This document shows, piece by piece, positions 41,001 to 55,400 of a stretch of 64,000 nucleotides of DNA. Numbering within the stretch: position 1 is the stretch's first letter; each line of letters opens with the position of its first letter. This DNA is from Octopus sinensis. Taxonomy: Eukaryota. Below the pieces are notes generated by a model that saw only the letters and a program-made list of their open reading frames with translations, was not told the DNA's origin and did not search any database. The stretch is from assembly GCF_006345805.1 (NCBI RefSeq), contig NW_021833603.1, positions 11,469-75,468 of the forward strand, in the 5' to 3' direction. Position numbers and translations under genes: made by a program.

Positions 41001-44000
41001 TGGCGTATAGGTTCCCCACCTGGACACCTTCTGCCGGAGCCGCGTGGAACTTAGGTGTTTCGCTCATAAACACACTCATCGCACAGTCTGAGATTCGAAC
41101 CCGCGATCCCTCGACCGCGAGTCCGCTGCTCTAACCACTAGGCCATGTGCCTCCACAATTATAAGATTACATCTGATAAAAACTGAATATAGAAAATTCG
41201 TGAAATTCGTTTCGACGATTACTAAATTAAAGTACCCAGGTTCATGCCATTAATGGTACGCTGTATTTTTGAGCAAAACAACTTCAATTATTTCGACATT
41301 TGCCATGCGACATCACGTGCGCCAGTAAAAAGCAACATCAATGTGATGGAGGTGGGGGTCGGGGTCAGGGTGGGGGTAGGGGTGGCGATGAGCTAATGTG
41401 CTGCATAACAAAAGAAACACGATTGTCGTGTAGTTGTGGAGAGGAAACACAGACAAATACACGCACACACACACACACACATATGCACACGCACAGAGAC
41501 ATATATATATATACATACACACATATATGTATGTGTATATGTATATATATATATACACACACACATAGATGTAAGGGCGCAAGTGTAGGTGCGCAGATGC
41601 AGGCGTGGCTGTGTGGTAAGCTTCCTTTCTAACCTCACGGTTTCGGGTTCAGTCCCACTGCGTGGGCAAGTGTCTGTTATAATAGCCCCGAGCCGAGGCT
41701 ATAAGACGCCCGTCGTATATATGTGTGTGTGTGGGTGTATACATTTGTATGTCTGTGTTTGTCCCCCCCCCCCCGCCAACATCCCTTGTCAACCGATGTT
41801 GGTGTGTTTACGTCCCCGTAAGCTAGCGGTTCGGCAAAAGAGACTCACAAAGAATAAGTCCTGGGTTCGATTTGTCCGACAAAAGGCGGTGCTCCAGCAT
41901 GGCTGCAGTCAAATGACTGAAACAAATACAACAATGTACACACACACGCACACACATACGCACACACACACGCACACACACACAACGGGTTTCTTTCAGT
42001 TTTCGTCTACGAAATCCACTCACAAGACATTGGTCGACTCGGGCTCGGGGCTATAATACAAGACACTTGTGCAGTGTGCCGCGAAGTGGAACCGAACCTG
42101 AAACCAGGTGGTTGCAAGGCGATTTTCTTAACCACACAGCCATGCATGTACCTTATATGGCCATACCTTAACTTCATTAGCATTAATGCATGTAATATAT
42201 AAAGAACATTTCTGAATCAATTATAATGAGTTATAGTAAATTATAATGAATTTCAAACAAATACGCCAACAATAAGAAATTTATAATTGTTTTATTACAA
42301 ACTAGCAGAATTACCCGGCGATGCTCGGGGCTGAATTGCTTGAAAGTACTGTTAATGATTGCACTGAATTATGATGATTATTCAGACAAATATTGATATA
42401 AGTTTACGGCGAATGAATGTATTTGTAAGTGTATAGAAAGCCGTGTAAAGGGGTTCCTACCCCCTCGTAGAATGGTGTAAGAATTGAATGTGAGGTTGCC
42501 TTGAAAAGAGCCATGTTGTTGTTCTCATAATTGTAAGAATTTGATAGTCATGGAAGGCGGTGTCAAACGTTCGCAGGTGAATAGGGTCTCTTCGTTTTCC
42601 ACGAACGGCAGCGGATGTGCTGTTGCAAAACTTCATGCTGTGTTAAAAGAGAATGGATGCCCTATGTAGGCAAGAGGGGAATGAAGCATGGGTGAGTAAA
42701 TATGGGTAATTTATAAAATATAGAACGATAGCATCTACTCACCATATGTCAGACCGGCAAGACTGTAGTGGTGCTGATTAGATGAATCACAACACAGTGG
42801 TGGAGATGTTTTCATTGATGGGCGTTATGATTAAATTTGTTGTTGTATAAAATGATCTGTTGCTTAGTTTCCAAAGTGTATGTTGCGATCGTGTTGTCGC
42901 TTATGTAAACTTTAACAGTGAGAGTGTAAATGTAGGGGGTAGATGTGTCATGTACGTTGGATATAGAAGATGAGGCTGGTGGTTTGATGATGAATGGATA
43001 GAAATAGAGGTGAGCGAAGGACAGGTGTTGGTTAAGTGTGAATTAATGTCATGAAACGCCTAGAAATGTAAATGCCATCATAAAAGAGAGTCGTATGTAA
43101 GTGAAATACTAACGTGTTCGAAAATGATGAAACGTAGTAATCCTATAAAACCTCCTTGTACACAATGTTTGTTGTTTTTCGTTGTGGAACGAATGCGAAA
43201 GCATCACTGTTGCTGCCGACGCGCGAGCAGGCAACATAAAGCTGACCATGAGAGAAACATGGCTCTCCAAAATGTATTCCCGCCACAGACAGTGTTTGAC
43301 CCTGCGCTTTGTTAATTGACATTGTGAAACATGGCCTTACTGGGAACTGGGACCTCCGAAATATGAAAGATAGGTTTGCTCCTGATGGGAAAAGATGCAT
43401 CCTAGGTATGAGCACAACGTTGCCTCGACCGCACCCTGTGATAATGGTGGCCTCAATCAGATTGGGAGATAAGGACCTAACGATCAAACGTGTGCCATTG
43501 CATTGTTTTGGGGGAAACAAATTTCTAATGAGCATTATAGGGGCACCAACTTTAAGTCTGAGAATGCGTGGTGGTAGTCCGGTGGGCTCAAAGGAATTGA
43601 GTACCTCTATTGGATAGTTGATGACGTCCTCTGGGTCAGGAGTTGTACCGATAGACTTATATACATAGACATCCCCAGGAATGAGTTTTAGCATTTCATC
43701 ATTAATATGGTGAACAGTTTTATTCCTCGGTGCCAGAATAGCCCTTTGGCCAATCCAATCCATATTCTGATATTAGCTTGTAGATCTGGGAACACTGCAT
43801 CTCTGAGATCAGAAGGCGTTTTAACAATGGTACAAATGGAATCGATGGCAATATTACCATTTTCATCCCCTGGTATTTTGCCTTCGCCAAGTGCAAGGAG
43901 GGTGTGAGAAAATGCTGCTGATGTGATATCAAGTCGCATATGAGCACGCATATTGGTGTGAAGTTTGAGTCTTCACCAGTGGCCACAATGTAGATGACTT

Positions 44001-47000
44001 AAGACACGCACTTACTGCATCAGCTCTCGTCCCTTTGGGAATAACGGGAAGTGTTTGTCGGAAGTCCCCTGAAAGAAGAAGTGTTATGCCTCCCATGGGA
44101 GCTGAAGAGTGTTTGATGTCTCTGAGAGATCTATCTAGTGCCTCAAGAGCACCTCTGTGGGCCACCGTGCATTCATCCCAAACGATAAGCTTGCATCGTC
44201 TGAAGACTTCTGCCTGATCGGAGCTGTTACTGATGTTGCAAGTTGGTGTCTCAGTTTTCGCTAAGTCAAGCGGGAGCTTGAAAGTGGAGTGAGCTGTCCT
44301 GCCGCCTGGCAACAAAGTAGCCACAATTCCAGATGATGCCACAGCTAGGTCAATGCCTTGTGTTCGCCTAATCTCAGCCAATATTAATTTGTTGACAAAA
44401 GTTTTCCCAGTGCCCCCAGGAGCGTGCAGGGAAAAAATCCCCCCAGCTTGGGTCCGGACTGAATTAACAACGGAGTTGTAAGCGAACTTCTGTTCTAGAA
44501 GGAGCTTTGGCTCATTGTCGGCTATATACTCGGCAAGCTCGTCAACATTAAAACATGTCTCACGCAGCAAATGTGAAGACAGAGTGTTTGTGCTTTCCGG
44601 TTTGTTGAAGGTAGGCCATAGACCGGCAAGGCACTACCGCCCATATCAAGTACAGTATCTTCGAACGTAGTTTGTTACCACACAGCCACACCTTCTCCTA
44701 TGTATGTGTGTGTGTTTGTGTGTGTGTGTGTGCGTATGTGTGTATGGGTAGATATATTATGCATGTATATATGTGTATATATATGTGTGTACATATTACA
44801 TGTACATCTATATATATATACATCTACACATAAAATACAAAATACAAAGTTATATCTTGATATCGCTAGTAATAACAATACTCAAAATATATAACAGAAT
44901 GGAATTGTAGGCCCGTCTCTGGCAATTTCGATCAAGTGGATCTTGTCCTCCCTCTTGTATAGAAGTGTACGGCTGCAGCGAAATTCATTTTTGGACTTTC
45001 TTCTATCGAAGGAATTTTAACAAAAATGCTTCCGTAAAGACGGTGAAAATATTGTCAATTTCCCCAAACAGGGACACAATTCAATTTTTAAACAATAACC
45101 AAAGCCCCTTCTCCGAAAGGGGGAGGGTTACGGTTTACAATTATTTAACAAATGCAACACAACAACGTTTCCCTGACGAGGAACAAACAAACGTGATTAC
45201 AATAGTCAAACAGTAATAATAATAACAAACCTTTTTAATTTATCCCCATTTATGTGAAACCACTTATTCAAGTTCAAGTCATTGATGCAATTTTATACGA
45301 ATTGCTAATACACACACACACACACACACACATAATAAGGGTGAAAAATTGAATATTAATTTGATTAATATGAATTGAAAACCAGTGGTGTAGCATATAA
45401 GACCATAGCGGATCTTCCTCTAGCAAAAAGGATGACCAGTTTTAATGGCTCATCCCTGTTATATAATACTTTCACTTTAATAGTTTCACCCTTGCAAAGA
45501 GAAAGTAGGAGAAAGTGTGGTGGTAATAGCAGGAGTAAACCACTTGAAATGAGAGGCAAATCGTAAAATATTGAGTTTTCTCGAATTTTTGCTTAATTGG
45601 GGGTCAAATTGAAAAAACTTTACATGCCGTGACCCAATCGAATCTACTTGGAAAAATCATAGGTAAATTCCAATTGAAGAAATTCTATATTGTAGAATTG
45701 TATTAAAAAGAAACATGGGAACAGGCAGAGAAAATCTGCCTTTTATCATAAGAGATATGTGTGTATTTGGAGCGAGAGCATTGCTTGCGTACTTGATGAT
45801 GATGATGAGGAGGAGGAGAAGGAGGAGAATGATGATGATGGATTATGATAATTCACTGTTACATTAGCTGTTTCATATTTCATCTATTGACAGGGTCAAA
45901 ACACACTTTTTATTGGATTCAACGAGCAAAAAGACACCACGTATTCGATAAAAATCTCGGAATGTCCAGACAGTATCCCAGTATTCCAGTGTGCGGAAAA
46001 TATTGGGAGTTGTACCCTTCCACGTAAGTTATAACATATATGTCTATAAGTGTGTATGTGTGTATAAAATCAATACCATGTTCTCATGTGTTAGCAGTGC
46101 GATTTACACTACTTGCTAGGGTCATCTCTACAGATATTCCATAGAAATTATAACCAACACTGATTTTCGTTACGACGTTTCGTACCCGAGACGTCAGATG
46201 TAAAAAAACGAATAATGCGATCGAAGATGAAAAAAGGATGATGTAGGTATATGCCACTTTTCGGGAGCTTTTTCTCCTTCATCAGCACCCATCTAATCCC
46301 TTATTCATCCACAAACACATTGCTTAAATAACAAGTTAATACAACGATGTAACATTATTGGATATGGCATTAATATTTGCGTACTGCCTCCTAGGAATGT
46401 GTTTAATATGTAAGATTGGAAGGCGGCGAGCTGGGAGAAACGTTAGCACGCCGGCCGAAATGCTTAGCAGTATCTCGTCTGCCGTTACGTTCTGAGTTCA
46501 AATTCCGCCGAGGTCGACTTTGCCTTTCATCCTTTCGGGGTCGATAAATTAAGTACCAGTTGCATACAGGAGTCGATCTAATCGACTGGCCCCGCCTCCT
46601 GTAAAATTTCTAGCCTTGTGCATAGAAGTAGAAAAAGAAAATGTAACATTGGTTATATATACCGTTGTCATTATATTCATCATCATCGTCATTACCGCCA
46701 ACACCTCCACCATTTCCCCACTAACTTCCCCACCACCCTTACCGTTACCATTCTCCTTAGCACGCTATTAATATTAAGTTTGTTTTTTGCTGGGCTTTTT
46801 TTTTTCTGCAGAATGTAAACCCGGACACAAAACTGTACAGTTGTTTGACGATAAGCGTCCTGAAGAGCAAGTATTCGCTTCAAATATTCTGATAATCACC
46901 ACAGAATCCTTGGTCAATGACATATTCGAGTACTACAGATCTTGCAAGTCTCCAAACATAAATTATAGAGGTAAATTTTACATTAGTGTGTAAATATTTG

Positions 47001-48140
47001 AAACATTCTGTAAGTATGTATGTTTTTATAGATGTGTGTGTAAGCACATATACATATGTGCATACATACAAACATACATACATACATACATACATACATA
47101 CATACATACATACATTACATACATACATACAACATACATACATACATACATACATACATACATACATACATACGTAATACATACATACATACATGCATAC
47201 ATACATACATACATATACATACATACATGCATACATACATACATACATACATACGTAATACATACATACATAATACATACATACATACATACATACATAC
47301 ATACATACATACATACATACGTACATACAAACATACATACATACATACATACATACATACATACATACATACATACATACATACATACATAAGTACCAGT
47401 TACGCACTTAATCCCTTCGTCTGTCCTTGTTTGTCCCTTCTATGTTTAACCCCATGTGGGCAATAATGAAATAAGAAACGTTAGCACGCCGGGCGAAATG
47501 CTTTGCGGTATTTCGTCTGCCGTTACGTTGTGAGTTCAAATTCCGCCGAGGTCGACTTTGCCTTTCATCCTTTTGGGGTCGATAAATTAAGCACCAGTTA
47601 CGCACTGGGGTCGATGTAATCGATTTAATACCTATGTCTGTCCTTGTTTGTCCCCTCTATGCTTAGCTCCTTGTGGGCAATAAAGAAATATGTATTTCGT
47701 CTGTTTTTATGTTCTGAGTTCAAATTCCACCGAGGTCGATTTTGCCTTTCATCCTTTCGATGAATTAAGTACCAGTTGCGTACTGGGGTTGATCTAATCG
47801 ATTGGCCCTCTCCCCCAAAATTTCGGGTCTTGTGCCTAGAGTAGAAAAGAATATTTACACGAGGCATAATTCTTATTCGGTGAGCATTAAGTTTTTACTT
47901 ACAATACCATATTGAATAACATCAGTATTACAATAATTAACATGTCTCCATAATTAACATGTCTCCATCATCGTTGTCATCGCCATCTTTGTATTTGACG
48001 GATCGCTTTTTCTTTTTTCCGTTTCTTCATTCTCAGGTTTTACCAAATCTAAGAATATTTTCAAAGGTCTACATAACTTTTACCAAGGGCTCCTTTCGGA
48101 TATAGTGAAAGATTCATTGAATGTTTCAGAGACTGAAGTA

Positions 48141-48198
<58 letters not shown>

Positions 48199-48207
48199 TT
48201 TTTATTA

Positions 48208-48251
<44 letters not shown>

Positions 48252-48408
48252 TATTATTATTATTATTATTATTATCGTCGTTGTTGTTGTTGTTGTTAGT
48301 ATTAGTATTATTAGTATAATTAGTATTAGTATTTAAGGCTGCGAACCGGTGGAATCGTTTCATCGTTACATCCTTTCGGAATCGATGAAATAAGTACCAA
48401 CAATTTGC

Positions 48409-48462
<54 letters not shown>

Positions 48463-48489
48463 TATTATTATTATTATTATTACTATTAC

Positions 48490-48543
<54 letters not shown>

Positions 48544-49447
48544 TATTATTATTATTATTATTATTTAATTTTTCTCCCTCTTTGAATTTTGTTTTCATTT
48601 CTTGCCGAGTGTCTTCCCGATACATAGGGCAGAGAAACTCACTGTATACATTGGTAGGCCATTAAAATAAACACAGTAGATTTTCATTTACAAAGTTATG
48701 TAATAGAAAGAAAGAGATAAAAAAAGGGAAAGAAAAAGACAAAAAGAAAAAGAAACTCGAAAAAGAAAGTAAAAGAAGAGAAAAAGAAAAAAAAAATCCA
48801 CAGCGATAAACCTCTTGTCAATACGTGTGACGTACAACTTTAAACCAGAGACTCTCAAAGTTTTTGCCCCCCCCCTCACCTCATGGCACCATGATACCCC
48901 CAGCGCCTACCCCTATTTGTTGTATAAATAATAAATTTTATATTTTACTAATTTATATATACTATGAATCATTTGTCAGTTAATATAATATTATATAATT
49001 TGTATACAAAACTATAATAATATTATAATAAATTCATAGCTTCCCCCAATTCACTGCCTTCCTCCAATGCCTCCTTTTTCTCCACCGCCTATCTCCACCA
49101 GCGCCTACCTGGACCGTCTCAACGTCCAACGGTGTGTGGTAGCGCCCGCTTTGAGAACCTATGCTTTAGATAACCTATCGCACTTTTTGCATGGATGGTA
49201 AACCAGGGATCATCCTCAAATACTTTTCTGTTCCTTTTTTGATCATTCCAAGTGTTCCTACAATCACTAATAAAACAACTGCCTTGAGAAACCAAAGGGT
49301 TTTCGATTTCATTGAGGAAATTTTTATACTTTCTGACCTTGTCTAATGTTTTGCAGAGATATTATGATCACAAGGCATGTTGATCAATAAACAAACTTTA
49401 TCATTTTGGTCTTGCATGCATGCATACATACATACATACATACATAT

Positions 49448-49478
<31 letters not shown>

Positions 49479-52400
49479 CATGCATACATACATACATACA
49501 TACATACATACATGCATACATGCATACATACATACATACATACATACATAATACATATATGCATACATACATACATACATACATACATACATACATACAT
49601 ACATACATACATGCATACATACATACATACATACATACATACATACATACATACATACATACATACATACATAAGGCGGCGAGCTGGCAGAGACGTTAGC
49701 ACGCCGGGCGAAATGCTTAGCGGTATTTCGTCTGTCGTTACGTTCTGGGTTCAAATTCCGCCGAGGTCGACTTTGCCTTTCATCCTTTCGAGATCGATAA
49801 ATTAAGTACCAGTTGCGCACTGGGGTCGATGTAATCGACTTAATCCGTTTGTCTGTCCTTGTTTGTCCCCTCTGTGTTTAGCCCCTTGTGGGTAATAAAG
49901 AAAAAAAATTCATACATACATACATGCATGCATACATACATACGTACATGCATACGTGCGTATGTGTGTGTATGTGAATGTACGAGTGTGTGTGTGTGTG
50001 TGTGTGGTGTTTGTCGGGGGTGGATGGATATAAACTTTGTCTTTTCTCTATTTTCAGGACGACAAGGCACCTCCTTTACCAGAGAGAAGTGAGTACATTA
50101 ATGCCATATTTTTGTTAATAACGGCACAACGTCCCCTTCTTTCATTTCGCCTCCTCATCCTTTCAATACTAACATACTGTCTCCCCTCCTGGGCCCTTGA
50201 GTTCAGACGGTACAAATGAGTAATCCTACGACGGACCAGGGAATAATATATACCCAAAGAAAACCAGAAAACCGACCCTATTCTCCTTATGGAATAATGT
50301 GGACTAACCCAACACATATGTTGTTCCCGGTCCCGTTTGAGTCCTTATTTATCAGAATAAAAACATACACAAAATTATTTAAATAAACTAGCTAATTAAA
50401 AAAAATCTCTATTACAGAGGAAAGCAGTAGCAATACTGAAAAATAATTATTGTCGCCATCTAAACAGGAGTGTTCTGGAAGAACAGACGATACTGCTATT
50501 TTAACCCCAGGAGGACACCTCCTCCAGCTGGCTATTCAGTATGCTTCGTACTAGGTATATATAGCAAGCAGAGAGAGAGAACTCACTCCTATTCCAGCTA
50601 TCGAGACAACCAGACCTTTCGGCTTCGACCTTATTATGGTCAACTTTGGTTATGGATTCTCGTCTGTTAGACATAGTAGTCATCATCATCATCATTGTTC
50701 GACCGTGGTCGAGGCAATGGAATTTACCATGCTACGCCAGACTTCACGGTCCATCATGGCATTACGGAGGTCCTGTTGCTGGATGCCTGTATCCCTGGAG
50801 ATTACATCAGGGTAGGAGAGTGTGCACCCTCTGGTATTGCGAGTAGATGGCTTCCAGAGGAGAAGAGTAGAAATTACCTCTTTTTCAGCTCTACAACAAT
50901 GTCCAGCAAACTGGTCAGCCTGTAATGACATGCATAAGATCTGGTCATCAAATCTAAGTAGAGACTTCAAACTTGAAATCTTCAAAGCCACAGTCGAACC
51001 AATTCTACTATATGGCTCAGAAACCTGGACGCTATCAAAGAAGCTTGAGAGGCGATTGGATGGAACCTACACTCGCCTCCTTATGAGAGCTCAAAATCTC
51101 TCGTGGAAGCGCCATCCAACCAAAATGCAAATATATGGGAAACTACCACCTGTGTTATCTCTTGTGAAAGGTAAGAGAGTCCAGTTTTCAGGACATAGTA
51201 GTAGTTTACCCCAGCTTGCAATATATTAGAAATTAACTGATATACAGTCAGTGATTTTGTAGTAAAAAAACTAGCTCGTTAAGAAAATCTCTATAAGAGA
51301 CGAAAGCAGCACCTATACGGAAAAGTAATGATTATCGTCACATTTAACTCGGGAAAGCACCAAAACACCAAAATATCTGATATTAGGGATGTTTATGTCT
51401 TCCTCCCCTGATAAACCAAACAGACGATGCTTGCTACAAGAACCTTTAAAATGGAATTCAACGAAACTTGGTTGGAAATGTTGCTGTTACTAATTTTATA
51501 TTTAAAACATACTTAGAAATTATCTGGTGGATGTAAGATATAAGATAAACATTAAATAAGATACTATAATTTAGGAAAAAAGCGTATAATTTAAGAAAAA
51601 ATGATGTTCTAGTGAAGAGAACAATAAAATTATGAATCTTTTCATTCTGGTCTTCAATACAGTTTTGAGCATTTCTTTTTTTTATTTTTATGTCTTTTCC
51701 CTGCTCCTCGCCAAAATAGGTTTTATACATCTGATTACGGAAATTATAAAAAAACATGGGAAATAACAAAGAATTCCCAACAGCAGAGTTATTTGCTCTT
51801 ACAACGAGCGTTCCTGAAATGATTAGGTTAATAATGATGGCCTACTAAAGATGATGTTTGGTCGGGATACCTAGTTATGATAAATATTAGCCAGGAGGGT
51901 CGCATCTAAAAAATTTTAACTCTACAAAAGCCCTTGGCTCTTATATATTTCCTTATATATATTCTCTAAAGGGTTCTCATGGTTCATATGAGCTTACTAT
52001 AGACAATTTAATTTTATATGAATGCGCATGATCTGGTGGTTAGAGTGTTGTGCTAACAATCGCGATATCGTGAGCTCAATTCCTGGGCTGGCGCATTGTG
52101 ATCGTGAGCAAAACACTTCATTATATGTTGCTTTGTGATCACTTTCGCATCTGTCATGAAGCATCTGTACAGATAATGACGACTTGAGGGAAGGCATGAG
52201 GTAATGTGCAGCACGATCATTTAATCACTGTAAACAAATAATTTGTGTAGATTGATGAGCAGGAAATTGCAAAATCGTATTTCCCGGGTCCCAGAGGGTA
52301 CCCTACCATACAGAGATTCTTCTTATGTAATTAGCTAAAATTAACTTATGCAGGTATATACCGCTACCTCTTAGTAGAGTCGGTGTGGCATCGGAGAAAA

Positions 52401-55400
52401 TGTTTTCCCATATTTTTATTTTGGCTCCTTGCCTTCTCAAATTCTGCTGAGATCACCTTCACTTTTTACTTTTTCAACGTTGATGAAGTAAAGTACAAAG
52501 TACCAGTCTGAAACCTTAGCCGAATGGATTTGTACTCTATTGCAAGCATTCAAGTCAGGTTCCCAGTTTGAAGAGTCCATCTTTCCCATTTTTTTCTCCC
52601 ATCAGTCTCGAAGCTCCTGTAAAAAGCCTTGAACACTGTCTTTTCCCGTGAAGAAAGTTTTGTTATAAATGTTCCATCTCTATGCTTTATGAGTTCAAAT
52701 CCCTCCACAGCATCCAAGGGTCACTGCCTGGCTCTTGGATGTCAATAGGAGAGGAATCTGCTCTGTTACAATCATTAAGACTAGGACACCATTTTGGGGA
52801 TAGTTTCTTCCCTCTTTGCCATCAGTCTCGAAGACCTTTTAAAAGGTCATAGTTTGTGCCTTCTCAGAGGCCCTTTTCAGGTGCTTCTCGCTTCTGACTA
52901 ATCGTTAAAAAGAAACATATTATCTCTAGTTAGTTTCTTATCATCTGAATGCTTTTAGCCAGATCCTGTTTATTTAATGACCTCAAGTCAATCAATTATA
53001 AAATATATCTACCCATCCATCTCTTCCACTATACGTAGGATAGTCGTGAAGATAGAATTTTCAGGCACCTCCCCCATAAAGCCCTATCAGAAACAACCCG
53101 CGTTAGACTTTCCCGTTGGAAAGTATTATCTAACTATCTTGGTCATGGTCTACTCTTATGTTTCGTGCCGGTTCGCTCGGTTTGAAAAATCCGTCTTGCG
53201 ATTCTTTCCTGCAACCTTCTTATTTCATTATTGCCCACAAGAGGATAAATATAGAGGGAACAAACAAGGACAGACAAAGGGATTAAGTCGATTACGTTGA
53301 CCCAAGTGCGTAACTGGTACTTAATTTATCGACCCCGAAAGGATGAAAGACAAAGTCGACCTCGGCGGAATTTGGACCCAGAACGTAACAGAGGACGAAA
53401 TACCTATTTCTTTATTACCCACAAGGGGCTAAACACAGAGAGGACAAACAAGGACAGACAAACGGATTAAGTCGATTATATCAACCCCAGTGCGTAACTG
53501 GTACTTAGTTAATCGCCCCCGAAAGGATGAAAGGCAAAGTCGACCTCGGCGGAATTTGAACTCAGAACGTCACGGCAGACGAAATACGGCTATGCATTTC
53601 GCCCGGCGTGCTAACGTTTCTGCCAGCTCGCCGCCTTTCCTGCGACATTCTTATCACATATCTGTAGTACCAGAACAGTGACCTTTCAACGTGGAAAAGT
53701 AGCGGTCGGCCTGGAAGGACTCATTAATCTCCGAGCTATCCACCTTATCGAGTGTCTCTACTCCATAGACCTCACAGAGCAATTCCATTTTGGTCTCACT
53801 ACATTGATAAACATAGGTGAAGGTAGGCACGAAAACCGAATTATGGGCATAATTACCTTTTTCGTCCTCATCAATAAATTCTTCTTGTCTTTTTTAGAGC
53901 AACGAATTTACATGCGACCACCTCAAAACCCAGTAAGTATCTTTCAATCTTACACATTCATTTATGCATTATATCAATTGTTACAACAGCACTACATATT
54001 CTATTATTTATCTGTTTCTTTCACCCGTGTCCCTCCTTTATATACTACTAGCAGTATCGCCCAGCGTTGTTCGGGTTTGTTTCGACCCTTTAGAATTGGA
54101 ATTTTTGAAAAGTAAAAATTTTGAATTATGTAGCTTGTTATTCTCTTTAAGTGAACATTTTGGTTGAATAAAAATATCGTAAAAAATAGGGATTTTCATA
54201 GAAAAAAAAGCACCTTTTTAATGCAAATAACTTTTGGTGTTAACATAGTCCGATTTGAATTTTTTCTTCTATGGAAGGAAGAGCAAGCCTTCTTCTATCA
54301 TACTTTCAATTTTGGTCAACTTGCGCCGCAAGGTCTCGGAGGAGATAGTGTTAGTTGAAGGCTACCAAACCTGCCATACACAGACAACTTCAGCTTTATA
54401 TATAGAGAGATTATGTATTCTTTAAAACAGTTGTGTGACAAATGTTCCACCATGTTTCACAAAGTGTTACACATTCTCTTGTTTGTTTTCTTCTTGTTGT
54501 TGTTGTTTTAATCCCCATCGTGCGACCCAAGTCTTGCCCGTCATTTTCATCCCGTCTTTATTTTTTATTCCTCCAAAATATTATATACATTTGAATACAT
54601 TATACAATGTATCGCAGGAGTGGCTGTCTGGTAAGAAGCTTGCCTCTCTACCACATGGTTTCGGATTTAGTTCCGCTGTATGGAACCTTGGGCAAGTGAT
54701 TCTACCATGTTCTTGGGTCGACCAAATGTTTGTGAGTGGATTCGGTAGACAGAAACTAAAAGAAGCCCTTGTTATACATATATAAAAATGTGTGTGTGTG
54801 TATGTGTGTATGTGTGTGTGTCTGTGGTTGTCCGACACAGCATCACTTAAAAACTGATGTTAGAGTGTTTACGCTCTTGTAACCTAGCGGTTCTGCGAAA
54901 GAGACCGATAGAATTAGTAGTATGCTTTAAAAATATAAATCCTGGGGACGATTTGTTCGACTAACATCCATTATGATGGTGCCTCAGCATGGCCGCAGTC
55001 AGGTGACGTAATCAAAAAATAAAAAGATAAAAGACATTCCAGTACACAAGGAGAATAAAAACGCCTAATGTACACTCATTTTTCTTGATGTATACTCAGT
55101 AAATATACAGGGTGTCCTACAATTAACAATCTATTTTAATGAAATCGGAGAATTTTTCTAAAAGCTCCCTTTTATTTATATTAATCACGTATATTTAAGA
55201 GATGAGGAATTATGTACATTATTTACATTTGACGGATGTTTCATCAAATGTAAATAATGTAAATGAAATGCTTACCTGACAAAACCGACACCTGATCCAC
55301 TTAGTTTTCTTTTAATTATAATTTGTCAAATCGTTAATTAAAGAACATTTTCCTTTTCATCATAAATAAAGAACACAAAAAAATTTCAAATCATTCGCTT

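Larger units (their letters stand above)
46421..53636. mobile_element. Cluster of SINE family B copies: 46421-46640 (+), 47390-47852 (+), 49675-49900 (+), 53225-53636 (-); others at 33028-33413, 35765-35970, 38180-38352, 20755-20960
   Basis: Shared GGCGGCGAGCTGGCAGAAACGTTAGC head and GACTTTGCCTTTCATCCTTTCGGGGTCGATAAATTAAGTACC core. Confidence 0.85.

Noticed and set aside
40959-41158. tRNA genes in SINE heads
   Set aside because: A and B boxes are present but continue into SINE bodies with TSDs; no complete cloverleaf.
46250-46292. Hammerhead-like CUGAUGA-AGGAG...CUCCC-GAAA on the minus strand
   Set aside because: Stems I and III cannot be paired convincingly; probably a decayed PLE remnant.
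50467-50538. Extra adaptor exon (VFWKNRRYCYFNPRRTPPPAGYS)
   Set aside because: Weak acceptor, and its phase (1 to 0) conflicts with exon 7 unless the two are mutually exclusive; unsupported without RNA data.
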